A DNA stretch of 64,000 bases from Lytechinus pictus. Taxonomy: Eukaryota. The translations under genes and the position numbers were made by a program. Numbering within the stretch: the stretch's first letter is position 1; every line of letters starts with the position of its first letter. The notes below the pieces were generated by a model. That model was not told the origin of the DNA. It did no database searches and saw only the letters and a program-made list of their open reading frames with translations. Of the stretch, positions 39,555 through 52,685 are shown piece by piece. The stretch is taken from positions 22,012,001 to 22,076,000 of the forward strand of contig NC_087251.1 of assembly GCF_037042905.1 (NCBI RefSeq), written 5' to 3'.

Positions 39555-40735
39555 AGGGGCCTTCAATACACAAGTCGAGGTGGACAAGGCATGGGTACTC
39601 CTAATAACCTCCATCCGACTCAGGAGTCAGCGGTTCCCCCAACTCCTCTCTGTACTGGAGGGAGAACCTCTCTCCCTTCCTGTAAGGCCGGACCTGGTGT
39701 CTCAACCCCTCTCGGGAATCAAGCATCAACGGCCAGCTGTTCTTCATTTAACTTCTTGGCCGCTCTCGGGGAGGATGCTTTGGTCTTACGGATCTCCGAG
39801 CTAGGGGCTCAATTTGTAGCTGAAAGCCAGAGAGACTTGACTCTAGGGTTATACAATTCTTGTCTTTTTCGGATTGGTGTAGCGATCATTCTTCAGAGCC
39901 ACGCAAGGCTCCAGTGTCTCCGATCATGGTTTTCCTTGTGGGACTTTTCAACGAAGGTAGATCGTTATCGACCATCAGGGGCTATAACTCAGCCATTGTA
40001 GCCATTCATGTCGGTTTCCCTGAGGGTTCGAATGTCTCTGAATCTGAATCTTGAGATCTTCTTTCTCAAATGTCGGCCTAGTATAAGTTTAGCCCCGTCA
40101 TGGAGCCTGTCGGCCGTACCTGATGCTTTGGCTAACCTTTTTGAGCCGTTGGCTTAGCATAATTTGGCTTAGTTTGCTTACCATAATTTATCCATCAAGA
40201 CAGCCTTTTGATTACCATCGCCTCTTGCATGCTTGTGCATTACACCCGGACACTTTAGGTGGGAGTGGCGTGGAGTCCGCTTGATTCCCACACCTTCCTT
40301 ATTGTCAGGAACCAAACGGTCGCATATGGTTCTGTGAAGTCCTTCTGGCTCCCCTTTCAGACTTTCCCTTCTTTTCTGAGGATAAAGTTTGGTGTCCTGT
40401 CCGGGCTTTGAAATTGTATCTCGATTAGACAGTGTGTTCGTAAATCTGACAAAATCTTTGTCATTTCTCGTGAACCTTTCACTGCCGCGTCTCGCAACTC
40501 CTCACACTGGATTGTTGTAGCGATTCGGTCGGCAAGCACAGAAGCTCTTCTTTCGATTCGAGGCCGAAGGCCCACAATACCAGGGGTATCGGGTCATCGT
40601 GGGCCCTTTTTAAAGGTTTTCCTCTTGACGATTTCTGGCATTTTGCCAACTCTTTATGTCTTTCTATTTGAAAGACATTCCGTCTGACGAGGTGAAATTT
40701 GCCTCCTCAGCTCTGAAGGTAGCGGCCTCCGTGAC
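39555..40735 (+). pseudogene. Decayed DIRS1-like retrotransposon coding region: pol C-terminus plus tyrosine recombinase
   Basis: Frameshifted translations include FPQLLSVLEGEPLSLPVRPDLVSQP...LHLTSWPLSG (DIRS pol end), FSDWC...FLVGLFNEGRSLSTIRGYNSAIVAIH (YR N-terminal domain), PSWSL, KVWCPVRALK, KAHNTRG (HxxR) and SFYLKD. Confidence 0.88.
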
Positions 40736-41802
40736 CCTCATAGTCCCGACCTTTCGTTTGAGGACGCGCACGCTTATTTACGACGGTAGTTGATTTTGGA
40801 AGAGACTTTTTGGGCCCGTCATCATGGTCGTAAAACTCTGTCCTGCAATGCAAATTGTGTGACATGAGATTATTTTTTTCGTTTCGCATCTGCGAGGGAA
40901 ACATTCAATATGCGTTTCGTGTGCAAAATTCTAGTTGCTACTATGGTAACAGCGATATATCCGATTGAGGACGACTTTCCAAAGCCACATTTGACTCCTC
41001 CTAGAGCTCGAGAGGCCGCCCAGGGGGCCCACTTCCATTGATTAGTGGATACCAGGAGCGAACACGCGTTAAAGGGGACAGAGTGGGCAGGTACGTTACT
41101 TATAGGCCTATGTAACGTAATAAGGGTGTCAAAACGATGTTTAAAATGCTGAAAAAAAGGGATATATATCCAATACTTGTAGGGTTTCACAAGCCAAATA
41201 CTTGTTAAGAGATGCATTTTCATAATCTGGAAAAGAATTGCTTCCCTTGTTTAGGGTACTTTTCGAAACCTCATGGTCGTGCCTGGTATCCACTCATCAA
41301 TGGAAGTGGTCCCCCCGGAATTTGAATTTAATCCCCCATTTCTGGGGAAAGTAAAACATAATGCCCATTACATCGTGTGCGAGAGGCATATCGTTTGTGT
41401 AGAAGGAGTAAACAAAAGAAACAAAAGAAACAAAGAAACAAAAAAACGAGTTCAAACGTATTGCATATGCTGTGCACATATCAACGCGTGCGAAATTTTC
41501 GGCTGGAGAGGTTGATCTGACCCATGAAATCAATTGCCAGTGATCCACCAATAATCCACATTAAATGTAATATCGATTCGATGGACTGTAATGATCTATA
41601 TCTAAGCCTTCATTCAGTAAGTTTTTCCTCACTCAATATGTACTCAATTTGTTTGAAAAACCACTTTCTTATCCATGTCATAATATATTTTAGGTCCTGC
41701 ATTTCGAATATCTCCAGCCATCAGTCGTAATATACATGCATGTATGGTGGGTGTCGCGGAAAAGGATTTTGCACACGGAAAGCAGATCTGTAGGGCCTGT
41801 AA

Positions 41803-41933
41803 CCCCCCTGTAACACAAAGCTTAGCATTGATTGTAGAGCAGTTTTCTACGTTTGATTCTATTGACTATAATGCACAATCAATCTTAAAAATCAAGTGTA
41901 TGATTAAGCGTTAACTTTTGTGTTAGGGGACCC
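41803..41933. mobile_element. Short palindromic MITE
   Basis: CCCTGTAACACAAAG-CTTAGCATTGATTGTA pairs imperfectly with TATGATTAAGCGTTAACTTTTGTGTTAGGGG. Confidence 0.6.
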
Positions 41934-42092
41934 TAATATTAGCGTCCGTGAGGACTGCGAAAAGTCCCAATTTCTAGTTCTTTGCGTACTCATTTTTTGC
42001 TTTTGACATGCCTCCCCACGGCTGAATCTGTGCTGGTCTAGCATAAATCAAGCAGATGTATCCTAGTTACTGAAGTAAATCATGAAAATACA

Positions 42093-43048
42093 TAGTTGAG
42101 GTCAAAAGTTTACATACACCCATGGTATTTAGTGATAGTTATTTGCATGCCAAACATCGTAAAGTTTACTATATCTTCAGAAATATAAATACTACCATGA
42201 CAAATTTGGTATCAGATAACAGAGTGTATTCAGCTCTTTCACATGATTGGAATGCCGTTGGGACTTAAGTAAATTTATTCTATTGTAAATGTATTCTATT
42301 GTTTGTTATTAATGTTAGGCCTATATTTTCAAACATCGTTTCATAGAAATATAAATGCCAGATCTATGGAGCTCCGCGCGGTGGGATATGGCTTAAAACA
42401 ATCTCAAATCAAAAGACAAAGATTGAAATAAGGGATAAATGCACAAATAAACAGTCAAAAGTACGATTCAAGAATACAATTTTGGGAGTGCTCGGCGGCA
42501 GGCAAAAGTAAAAGAGGAAATGGACGCCAATTTGCGCGATGATCTGGGAATAGTGCGTTTATAGGGAGATGCAGCGTGCGCGCAGGAAAATTGTGTACTT
42601 TTTATTCAGCGTGCAAGTTAATCGTAATGAACTAGCAAATCAAATGAATATATCCAGTTATTTCGTAAATAAGAAAATCATGGTAAATATTTTCATCATT
42701 TATACTACATTTTCTATCATGATATGTCACCACTTAACAAAAAAAGTGTAATCTGAAATTTTTATCTTGTAAAGTAACTAGCACAAATATAAAATGTTTT
42801 GTCAATTTTTTTTATAATTTTTTAATTTGTCTAAAATATGAAGATTGGGGGGAAAAATGACACCTAAATATTTTTCATTTCCTGATGACAAAGCAATGTG
42901 ATGAAGGCATGACATACATATTTGTTTGATATCAAATTTGTCATGATAGCACAAATATTTTATAAGATACAGTAAATTTTAAGATGTTTGACAAGTGTCA
43001 ACTTTTCTTTGAATTTCCTGGGTGTATGTAAACTTCTGGCCTCAACTG
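42093..43048. mobile_element. Tc1-family non-autonomous element with long imperfect TIRs
   Basis: Left end AGTTGAGGTCAAAAGTTTACATACACCCA; right end TGGGTGTATGTAAACTTCTGGCCTCAACTG followed by TA. The inverted similarity extends inward (CATGACAAATTTG(G/A)TATCA). The left terminus is slightly damaged. Confidence 0.85.
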
Positions 43049-43331
43049 TACCTGATTTTCTTATTTACAAGATAACTGGATACATCTACATCCCTCCCAC
43101 CGGCCCCTCGCCTTGCGTGGCAATGTCTCAATGTCATGGGCTTAATTTAAGGAGGATGGACATCAGAGTACAATGATCTCTGTAGTAAGACGCACAGGGA
43201 GATGGCGCTATCGTGCAAGAAATGTTGTTTCCTTGTTTCGGTGTGCGAGTCGATTAGCATAAACTAGCATAAATCAAGTAGATGTAACCAGTTATCTCAT
43301 AAATAAGAAAATCAGGTAAGTATTTTCATGG
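43049..43331 (+). mobile_element. Putative DIRS 3' terminus (ICR/ITR-like complementary segments)
   Basis: TACCTGATTTTCTTATTTACAAGATAACTGGATACATCTAC (43049-43089) is the near reverse complement of GTAGATGTAACCAGTTATCTCATAAATAAGAAAATCAGGTA (~43278-43318). Complementarity continues across the Tc1 insertion (CATGAAAATAC at 42081-42091). Confidence 0.6.
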
Positions 43332-45943
43332 TCAATGCCTTTCAGCTGAAAATTTATTTAGGAAGCAAAGTTGTAAAGCACATTTTCTCCTCTTTTTGTA
43401 GCCATAGTTCTGTATCTTGATTTCATCATTTAATTGTTATATTATCAAGATTTGTTTTCATCGCTGCTATCTCAAGTTCTCCTAAAGTTGCCCCCCTCCC
43501 CGTTGTTGTTTTCACTCATGATATTGTAAACCACATCTTTTCAAGAAAGATTTTTTATCCATCTCCAACTTCTGCAATATTGCAATTATCTTCTTTTCAA
43601 GCAGAAATATATTATTCTGTTATTATGGGTGATACACTTCACACTCTCTAGGGTTTGTAAGGGTCCTTTGGCCTTTTTACTTAATGCTATTATTTCCAAG
43701 AAACCTATTATGGCATTTTATTACAATTTCTACCCACACGTTAAACAACTCCTATAGACACCAGGCTGAGCACTACGATATGTTCTATATAAATATTTAT
43801 TCATGTACATAATTCTTCAGCTTGTTTATTATTTACTATTATTTGTAATTGCTGTTCCCGTTTTCATGAATTTGCAGTTTCTTTGAATTCATTTCAGATG
43901 ATAACATCTTATTGATAGATTTTGGTAGCTATTTTAAACTTGTACTGCATAATTGCAGAGTGAGGATTACAATCAGGGGACTGCACAGACATTTCCTGGA
44001 TAAATCATTTTAATATGATGCATGACATTTTCACCATTATGCAAATTGAGAGTTATTTTAGATAGAGAGACAAATTGTGAAATACATTACTCATGAAATG
44101 ACTATGACAAGTTTAGATTTTTTCAGTGAAGCCTTGTCTTTTTTTATTAATTCATAGTCTTTCCTGTATCAATCAACTTATGCATTTCACAAATCATCTG
44201 TAATTTAATTTATCCATATTGCTGAGATTTTGAGGAAGAATCATTGTATAAAAGAGAATTAATTCCTTTTGCATCTATTTGAAATCAATAAGTGTCAATT
44301 GTCATCAATATTTTGGATGTACTTGCTCATTTTAATTAGTAGATATTAGTGATATATTCTGAGTGAATTTGTATGTTTCAGTGATATTTTTTTGAATATT
44401 CATAATAATAAGTAATAGTAATATGTATCTATAACTATTTCTGTATATTCTATTGCACTGCAAGAGCTCCTCGGATACTGCACATACTAATGGAATAATA
44501 GGTTTTAATTTTAATTTGAAATATGTAAAGAGAAAAATTAACCGAGTACTCAAAAGCAAACAGGGGACCAAATAGTTGATTTTAATAATAGAACAGGACA
44601 AAAACAGATAAAAATAATCCAAGGAAAGGGGGTCAAAGATGAGCTGTAACATCGTATGTAGATTTGGGCTAAAAGCAAATAATAATTATCAAGCTTGTGA
44701 TGCTTTTTGGTCACTGTTGTTTATGAATACACATGGTTTGATTGCCATTTGTTGATAATAAATGTAAATTGTCCATATAGTCAGGGTAGAGTGGTGATGT
44801 TTTTGCATATCTTCAAATTTAAGGTATTATGTAATATTCATTCATAACATAAGAGGTATTAAAACTGCAATATTTTCCACATTCAACTTTAATATCTGCA
44901 GTATCAAAATTGACTCAAATTGAGTCCAAATTATTTTGGAAAATTTCAAAGAAATAACTACTTTGATTTATCCAAGAAGTTTAGAGCTTATGATGCTGTC
45001 AGCAGCTGCTTATGAAAGGTGCTTCCCCTGAATAACATTTTTTATCAGTTCTTTCCTCATCATTAGTCATCTCATGTGACATACAATTACTACATAGTTT
45101 TCACTATTTTTAGGATCTAGAATCTATTTAAAGCATGTTGTATTTAGTATTAATCTTGAGGTGTTAAGTATGGATTAGTTGTAATTGGATTAAATGTACA
45201 TTGACCCATCTTTCCAAATCTACAGGTAATCTTAAATCTGAAGGGATACTTTTATGTCTGAGACAGTGAATAAACTTCAGAAATGTTCTCTACTCCTGGA
45301 TTTTTGCTAATTTTCCAGATGTAAGAACTGAGGCAAAACTTAGAAGGATGTTCAAATTCTTTTTCTTTAGAATTGTTGAAGGATCAGCAATGTGAATCAT
45401 TTTGGACTTTCATTTAACATTCCAATTTTTTTGAATTCCATCAATTCTTTCTGAAAATCTGAATCTTACAATATAATGATCTTGAGGTCCCTGAAAGTAA
45501 AGTTTTAATCAGTCTTCGTAAAGGCCTTTTAAAACTTTTCTTAAAATTTTAGCTGTTGCATACATATATCAGAAAGTTACATGCAAAATTATGTCCTGAA
45601 AAATGTCAACCCATTTAACGCTTGAGAAGTGATTTTATACTGAAAACAAAATACACATATTTATATGAGTTTACACATTATAAATGTGAATTTTACCCAT
45701 TTACAACAGGTTTTAGATCACATCATGCACAAATCATGTGTTTTTATCTGACAACGACTCAGAACTTTCCCTAAAATTGATAAGGCCTTGTAATGATTTA
45801 GTGGTAATTTCTGGGAATAGAGTGGAAAAGTTAAATGAGACCTGTGCCGCAAGTTATCGTCTTTTAAGTAAAATTGTATTTTTTTTTTTGGGGGGGGGTA
45901 TTTCCAACAGACACTTGTTGTATTGTAATACAGCTGTTATAAA

Positions 45944-46111
45944 GTTTCCATGACATTTGCTCCGGCGACAATTGCTCCACTGCCAATTCCACACATTATC
46001 CTTAACCTAAACCTAAACCTTACATAAAACCCTATTGCAACCCTAACCTTATATCTTAGATACCGAATAAAAGCCTGAAGTAATTGCCAAAGGAGCAAAT
46101 GGTGTGTCACC
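45944..46111 (+). mobile_element. Short interspersed non-autonomous element with CTAACC-like internal repeats
   Basis: CATGACATTTGCTCC ... GGAGCAAATGGTGTGTCACC; related copy at 53335-53549. Confidence 0.65.
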
Positions 46112-48599
46112 ATTATAAAAGTAATGCTCCCCATAGTAGCATGGTTAATGTATATCTGATCCAAAAAGGGCTTTCGAATAATAAATCTAGCTTTATCATG
46201 AAGTGATGTTAAAAAACTCCCACATTTGATTTTCAATTTTTTTATCAAACCAACAGTTAAGCAAAAGATGTTAAGCAAACTGATTGACTTTCTTTTTTTT
46301 TCAAGTATAAAGACTTCTTGAATCGATCAAGGAAAAGAAATGAAATATTTGAAAAAACAGAATGTTCAAAATAAAATTTCATAAGAAATCTGATTTTGTT
46401 TGCTTCCATAAAATGATGATTCTTTTGTGGAGTCATGATATCTTGTTGCTAAAACTGTACTTTGTTTACATCTTTTGTTCAAGTTGCTGCATTAAAGCTC
46501 ATACAATGATAAAAGGTCTACCGTAGCTCAGTAAAATGACCATCAATCGTTCTACAGAATAACTTTTTTTTGTATTCATGTTCCTAAACTCTGCTTTATT
46601 CTGAAAGAAATGATTTACAATGTTCACTGTGCTTCTGCCTCTAAAATACATCTTAGAGTTCTCTGCATCATCCTGTATAAAATTATCTCAACCCAGCAGA
46701 AATCATGAAGCATTATGTATTCAATTATTGCCAATTTGGTAATCGACGATGCTCGACTAACTGATGTTGAGCTTGCGGCATGGGACGGTGTGCAATTTTT
46801 ATGATACTTCATAAAGTAGATGGTTGAATGGAAAGGAAGGAGAATCAATGATGATCGATATTGGTGTATCACCTAGAGAAGTGCCTGACAAGGGGCAGAG
46901 TACTTTGAGATTGAGGACTAGAAGATTTATTGAGCCTTGTCGGGAGATGTTTTAAGAGGCCGGTGAAAATTTTAATGCATTCTAAAACCAATGATTGACC
47001 AGAATGTCATGTGATTGTATCCAAGTTCTCCATCTATCTGGAATAATGTTTTTACTTGCCTTATTTTTAATATTGTTGTATGTCAGGAGGGTTATTGTTA
47101 AGGAAAAATATATTTTTGTAAAAAGTAATGATCCTTTCGTTTTTTGTGCTCCCAATGATGATTTCTTAAAGTTGGTTTAGTGATGTAGCTTCTTCTTTAC
47201 CTACTGCTCTTTATAAAGAAATGCATTTATGAATTTCAAATTTTGATTATTTTATTAAATTCTAAGCATGATCTTATGCTCACAATTATACATATGTATT
47301 CCCCCTTTCTTTCTCTCTCTGACCCTCCATACCTGCACTGTTTCATTATTTTAGAAAATATATATATTTCTAATTTTCTTTCCCTTGTCACTCTCTCCTT
47401 GTAAATTACAGTGAAAATGACACCACTGCTATGGTACACAGCTTGATATCATAATGATTATTGATTTTTTTTTTCATACAGTACATTTCCTAAGCTCCTA
47501 TTGAATATCTTTTATTACATTTTTCAAGTGTAAACGAATTGTGGTACAAATGATGGTATTGACATCTTGGTTAATTTTAATATACTTCTTGTATTATACC
47601 TTGTGAATAAAATCAAAATCAATCATATCTTCTCTTTTTTTTACTAAACTCACATTTTGTAGTACTTCTGTCTTATCTTTTTTTTTCATTTCAAATTTCT
47701 GAACCCCTTTTTAATTTCTGGATATTTTCTGCTGTGCAGTGTGATTTGTTTGAATGCAATGAATATTTGCTCACTATACATTTATTTTGCATTTATGTTT
47801 ATCTATATTAAATTCACTCCTTTATAACCCTCAGTTGTAATATCAACTATCAAAAAAATACTTTTTAATTCAATGTCCATTGCCAAGATGAAAAAATATA
47901 TCAACATAGCACCTCGAAACACACTACTCAAATATTTAGGCAAAATTCAAAGCTGATGATTTTATTACATAAAACACTCTTTTGTACAAACGCAATCATG
48001 CTCTGTGTTTTTGTTTGGTGAAAGCGACTACGTCATGACCGCATTCGTAAAGGCATGTCCACATGACTAGCTTCATTATTATTCATCAATATACAGAACT
48101 ATTGTATTGTGAGAGATTCCTTTATTACTTTCAGATTATTAATTAACACTAAAAAAAGGGCTAGAATTGTCGGCCTCTTTCTCTCACTGTGATTATTGTA
48201 TTCTGTTGAGTCAAATGATGGAGGCACCATAATCATCATGTGGTAGTGTACCAGGAAACGAGGCTTTAATGTCTCAATCATCGTCCTATCCCTTCATTGA
48301 TCTTTGGTGATGATGTCAACTCATAATATCTTTGTAGTTTAAAAAAGCAAAATACCCATGTGTTTTGATATAAGAAATGTACCGTTGATTAAGGCCTATA
48401 TACATTAAAAACAGGTAAACAGGGATAATGCCAAAAATAATTATACTAAAAATGTAGAAAGGTAATTATTAATTTCATTTAAGGTAAATACCCCCCCTCG
48501 AGTTAAAACAATGATGGATAGAAATATGAATTTAGATAAATGTAAAACTTTGAAAATGAACTGATCTAATTGCGATATAATTTCTTCTTTTCTTCTTTT

Positions 48600-48810
48600 C
48601 TCCGCCCTTTCCTTTTTATTGTTTATTGTATTGTATTTTTGTCTATAGGCGTATCCCGCAACAAGCCTCAGCTTTTAGGGTATACGCCTTCTTCTTTAAA
48701 CCCAATATGTACATATTTATATTTTTCATAACAAATTGATTTTTGTATGAATTAATTTTTACAAAAAAAGGAATTAAATGGAAGAAAATAAATGTTTATT
48801 TGAATTGAAT
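48600..48810 (+). mobile_element. Possible CR1/L2-type LINE 3' tail
   Basis: Stem-loop AGGCGTATCCC...ACAAGC...GCTTTT-AGGGTATACGCCT (48647-48689), followed by AATAAA and a TTGAA repeat tail. Confidence 0.4.
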
Positions 48811-48907
48811 GATCTGATAAAATTTTCCACTTGTGTGAGAGTGAGACTTAATCTACTGCCTCTTAATTGATCTAATGTCTTTTTTTGTTTGTTCTTCTAT
48901 CTTTTAG

Positions 48908-49030
48908 CTGTGGATCCATGTAGTCATAACCCCTGTCAAAATGGTGCCACTTGTGTGGATACAACCACATCAGCTACAAGATATCACTGCCATTGCCCTC
49001 CTATATTTCATGGAGATCAATGTGAACAGA
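48908..49030 (+). CDS. Internal coding exon: EGF-like domain (VDPCSHNPCQNGATCVDTTTSATRYHCHCPPIFHGDQCEQ)
   Basis: Six-Cys EGF spacing; polypyrimidine tract plus TAG acceptor (AG 48906-48907); GTAAGT donor at 49031; 123 nt, phase 1-1. Not present in the ORF track. Confidence 0.95.
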
Positions 49031-49412
49031 GTAAGTATACATCATTGTTAGCATGAATAAAGTTAGTATGAAAAAAAGTTAATATACCCTAGTTGCCAGC
49101 ACTCCTTGGTTAAGTGTGAGCAGAGTTCGTGCAAACAGAGTAGTAGAAATGATTAGCAATGTAAGCAAAGTATCAAGTATACATTATTGATACTGCATCC
49201 ATGGTTCCCATGGTTAATATGACTTTGTTCTTTTTCATTAAATGTTATTGTCAGTATTATTTATAGTAAGACTTAATTTTTACCCTCTGAAATTGATCTG
49301 AATTACAATTATTTATTTATTGTTGGTGTTCTTTTTTTCATGGTAAATATAGCAATGCGGTGTATTTTCAATGATAATAATTAGTTTCTTCAATAATGTG
49401 TATATATCTATT

Positions 49413-49721
49413 TTAAATGGGTACACCAGGCTGAAAATTGTATAATTTGAACAGAAAAAATAAAGCCAGACCAATAAAACACTGAAAAAATATCATGTGA
49501 TAACATAAGAAATGAGAAACTGGGGATGTGACATCATCAGCCCACCTATTGCGTATCATGACAGCATGCTTATAACTGTTCTCACAAGATATGGCTAATA
49601 TACTTTGAAAATTCAATAACTTTGTTATTTGTTATCAGAAATGCTCAGGGTTTTATTTGGTGAATGTATTTTGCTTTATTTTAATATATATGATTATTTT
49701 CGGCCAAGAGTACGGCTTTAA
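49413..49721. mobile_element. Degenerate TTAA-flanked non-autonomous element (Kolobok/piggyBac-like)
   Basis: TTAA-ATGGGTACACCAGGCTGAAAA ... TTTTCGGCCAAGAGTACGGCT-TTAA imperfect TIR. Confidence 0.5.
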
Positions 49722-52554
49722 GACGGCAGTGTTACCAGTTAAAGCAGGTTTTTCAGTTTACACCAATATGAGAAAAGTGACTTGAGATAAATCAGGGTAG
49801 AGTAGTCACAAAGTTTCATCTGAAATGAATATTTAATGATATAATTATAGACATAATGAAAAGAGAAGTAGGAAAAAGTATGAGAGAAAGGCATTAGCAA
49901 TTTCATCAAAGAATGATCTAACCGTTTGATGTTAATCTATTTCAATGGATAACTGGTGTATTCCAATTTTACATGACTGAATTTGTTTGAACTTGTTTAT
50001 TATATTACATTATGTTTGTCATTACAAGACCATTCATTCTCATATATAAACCCATCCTAGATTTTTAATGTTACAATTATCATAATCGGGAAAAGAATAC
50101 AGCACATCCTAATATGTACCATTTGGATTAACCTTTATCCTACCAACGCTTTTTGACACAAATGTCGTCTTAAACGGTGCCTTGGCTTTGTTGAATTAGA
50201 TCATTGGTCTATTTGCTTTCAAATCGTATTCCAACCCTGCCACAATCATGTAAACAAAACAAAAACAAATCAGGTTCTTGGTGATCCATCATTCAAGATC
50301 TAATGTATCAAGCGATGAAAACCACCTCCTTATGCTCAAGAGATACATTAAAATCTACCAGCGGATGTCTGTTAGTTATTTACAACTTTGTGCGGGACTG
50401 GTGACCTTTTCATATGTAAAATGAGATATCCTGTTATTACAGAATGGGGGTGTATTCTTATATAATCTTAATCAAATTTTGAAAATATTGAATTTTCTAT
50501 TCAGATACTTGTTCAAAATGAGGATTCTAATGCACAAAGATTATGTTTGTTTGATCTGTAGCTGATTGGAATCAAAATTATTGAAAATATGATAAAGCAC
50601 CTTCGAAATGGTCAGCAGTTGTGTTAAATTTCTTAAGGACAGCTATATGAAAAATCACACAGACAAGAATCATGTATTTCTGAAACCTATGCAGCAGCAA
50701 GTAAATGGAGTTGGCAAATAAAGTATAATCCCACCAGACAAATTTAGGATTACAAATAAATCTGACCACACATATCTTAAAATGATGATTTTTTTTTGTG
50801 TGGAATGATTGATCATCATCAAGACCATCCTCCTCCAAACAAGTCCAGTTTATTCAGTGGTCAGTGCCGTGATCAGAGGCAACCCTCCATCAGCTGGAAG
50901 ACATTGAGTGAATTTAGTTATTAACCTGGTTTGCGGAATGGATACACGTTGGATAAATTTGCTTGTGGAGGATGTGTTGAAAATCAATACACAGTCTCCA
51001 CTGATGACACTTGAATATCTCCAAGGAGTTGTTTAATGTGTGTTTCTCGGTTTCAACATGAATAAAGAACTTAATTCATATCTCGTACATCTTTTTAAAA
51101 ATACTTTGGAACAGTGTATGACAGATGAGAAAGAGAGGAATCTATACTGTAACTGCCTCTTCTAGTTTGTTAGTGTGGGTGTGAGCGCGTGGGTGTTTTG
51201 TTTCAAATAATGGTAGGTGGTAAAAATATACAATGGAGATTGATACAACAGTAGGGTTTATGTTCAGTGTTTAGCAATAATTTGCAAATAGTGTTTAGAG
51301 ATATTTTTTTTAAAGAGCTGTTAAATGACTTTTAAATAGAACATTTTGTCATAATGCTTGTAGTGTATGCAATATTGATTACCTCAAAATTTTAAATGGC
51401 TTATGTTTAAATGTAAAATTAAACCATGAACAATAATAATAATAAAAATCTGCTTTGATAACGCTTAATACATAGGAACAGCATCTCTAAGCACTTTTAC
51501 GGATATATATTATTACCCCGGTCATTGGATGTTAGCTTGCCCCAATACAATATATGTACCTTTTCCACTCCCTGTGAAGAATAACAATAATAGTTTCAAA
51601 CTCAATTGCTAGGCATACTACATAGGCTCTCACATCCTGGGTTTCCCAATTCAACATCTGTGTATAGACTTAAATGGAGCACCAAAAACAAAGCTTCTAA
51701 ATGAATAACAGAAAAAAAAATCTTTTATTTAACATATCAAATGCCTGTTTGGTGTAATCTCACATATTCCAATCACATGTTGTTTGTCTTTATAGACCAT
51801 TTTGTCTAATACTTGTCAATTAAATCATTTATCATTCAGACAAATTCCATGGGTACTCCACATGTATAATTGGCCTCTATTATCAAAAATTTTTGTCCCA
51901 TGATATCATACATAAACAGAATACATCATCTTTAATCAGAGAAAGAAGTAGCTCTCGCGAAAGGTCATCTATTCATCCCTGTTGCAGCAAATCTAAATCA
52001 AGAAACACCACGTCACACCGTAGTATCAGAGGAACAATCATTACATTTTTATTAAACAAATTCGATCCTTTACCAATAAGCCTGTGAAGGTATCAATCAT
52101 CGGCACTCAAAGTGCAGTATCTCCAGCATGTTTGATCGATAAATAATTGAACTCCGTTTAGATTTCTAACCTAAAATATATTTAAAGAATAGGATAAATC
52201 CTGTGCCATGGTGATATGGACTGGGTAATTTCCAGCCAGGGTGGAAAATATTGTTGGTTCTGTATCTATTACAAGCCTTTCATGTAATTCTAAGGTACAT
52301 ATTTGCTCAGGATAATTTTAGTGGTAAGGAACTCCTCCTCGTGGTTTGTTAGGTATTTCAAAGTTGATTCAACAGAATTTCAAGGAGGTTGATAATTTCA
52401 TTCATTTCAGTTTTGGATATTCTTATATCATCAGTGAAAGGATATTAATTTTTCATATCTTTTACTGCTAAAAAATCTTTTTTTTCTTCATGAAATGTTC
52501 AAAATTCTTGGCCTTCATGACATAACAAGTTACTTAGAAAGATTTTGCATATGA

Positions 52555-52685
52555 CCCTTGTACCATTTACTAAACCTGGGTAGAGAGTTGTAAAGGTAGA
52601 TGAACGCCTTGTCAAAGGACACGGGTGATGGGATTGGACGTGAACCCCAGACCTAGAGGTTAAAAGAGGTTGATATGCTAACAGT
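52555..52685 (-). mobile_element. Degenerate SINE 5'/core fragment
   Basis: GTACCATTTACTAAACCTGGGTAGAGAG resembles the reverse complement of the SINE core, followed by a B-box-like GTGAACC. Confidence 0.45.

Noticed and set aside
45995..46050. Interstitial telomere repeats (CCTAAC-like; also 53420-53490)
   Set aside because: Degenerate and embedded in a dispersed short element family.
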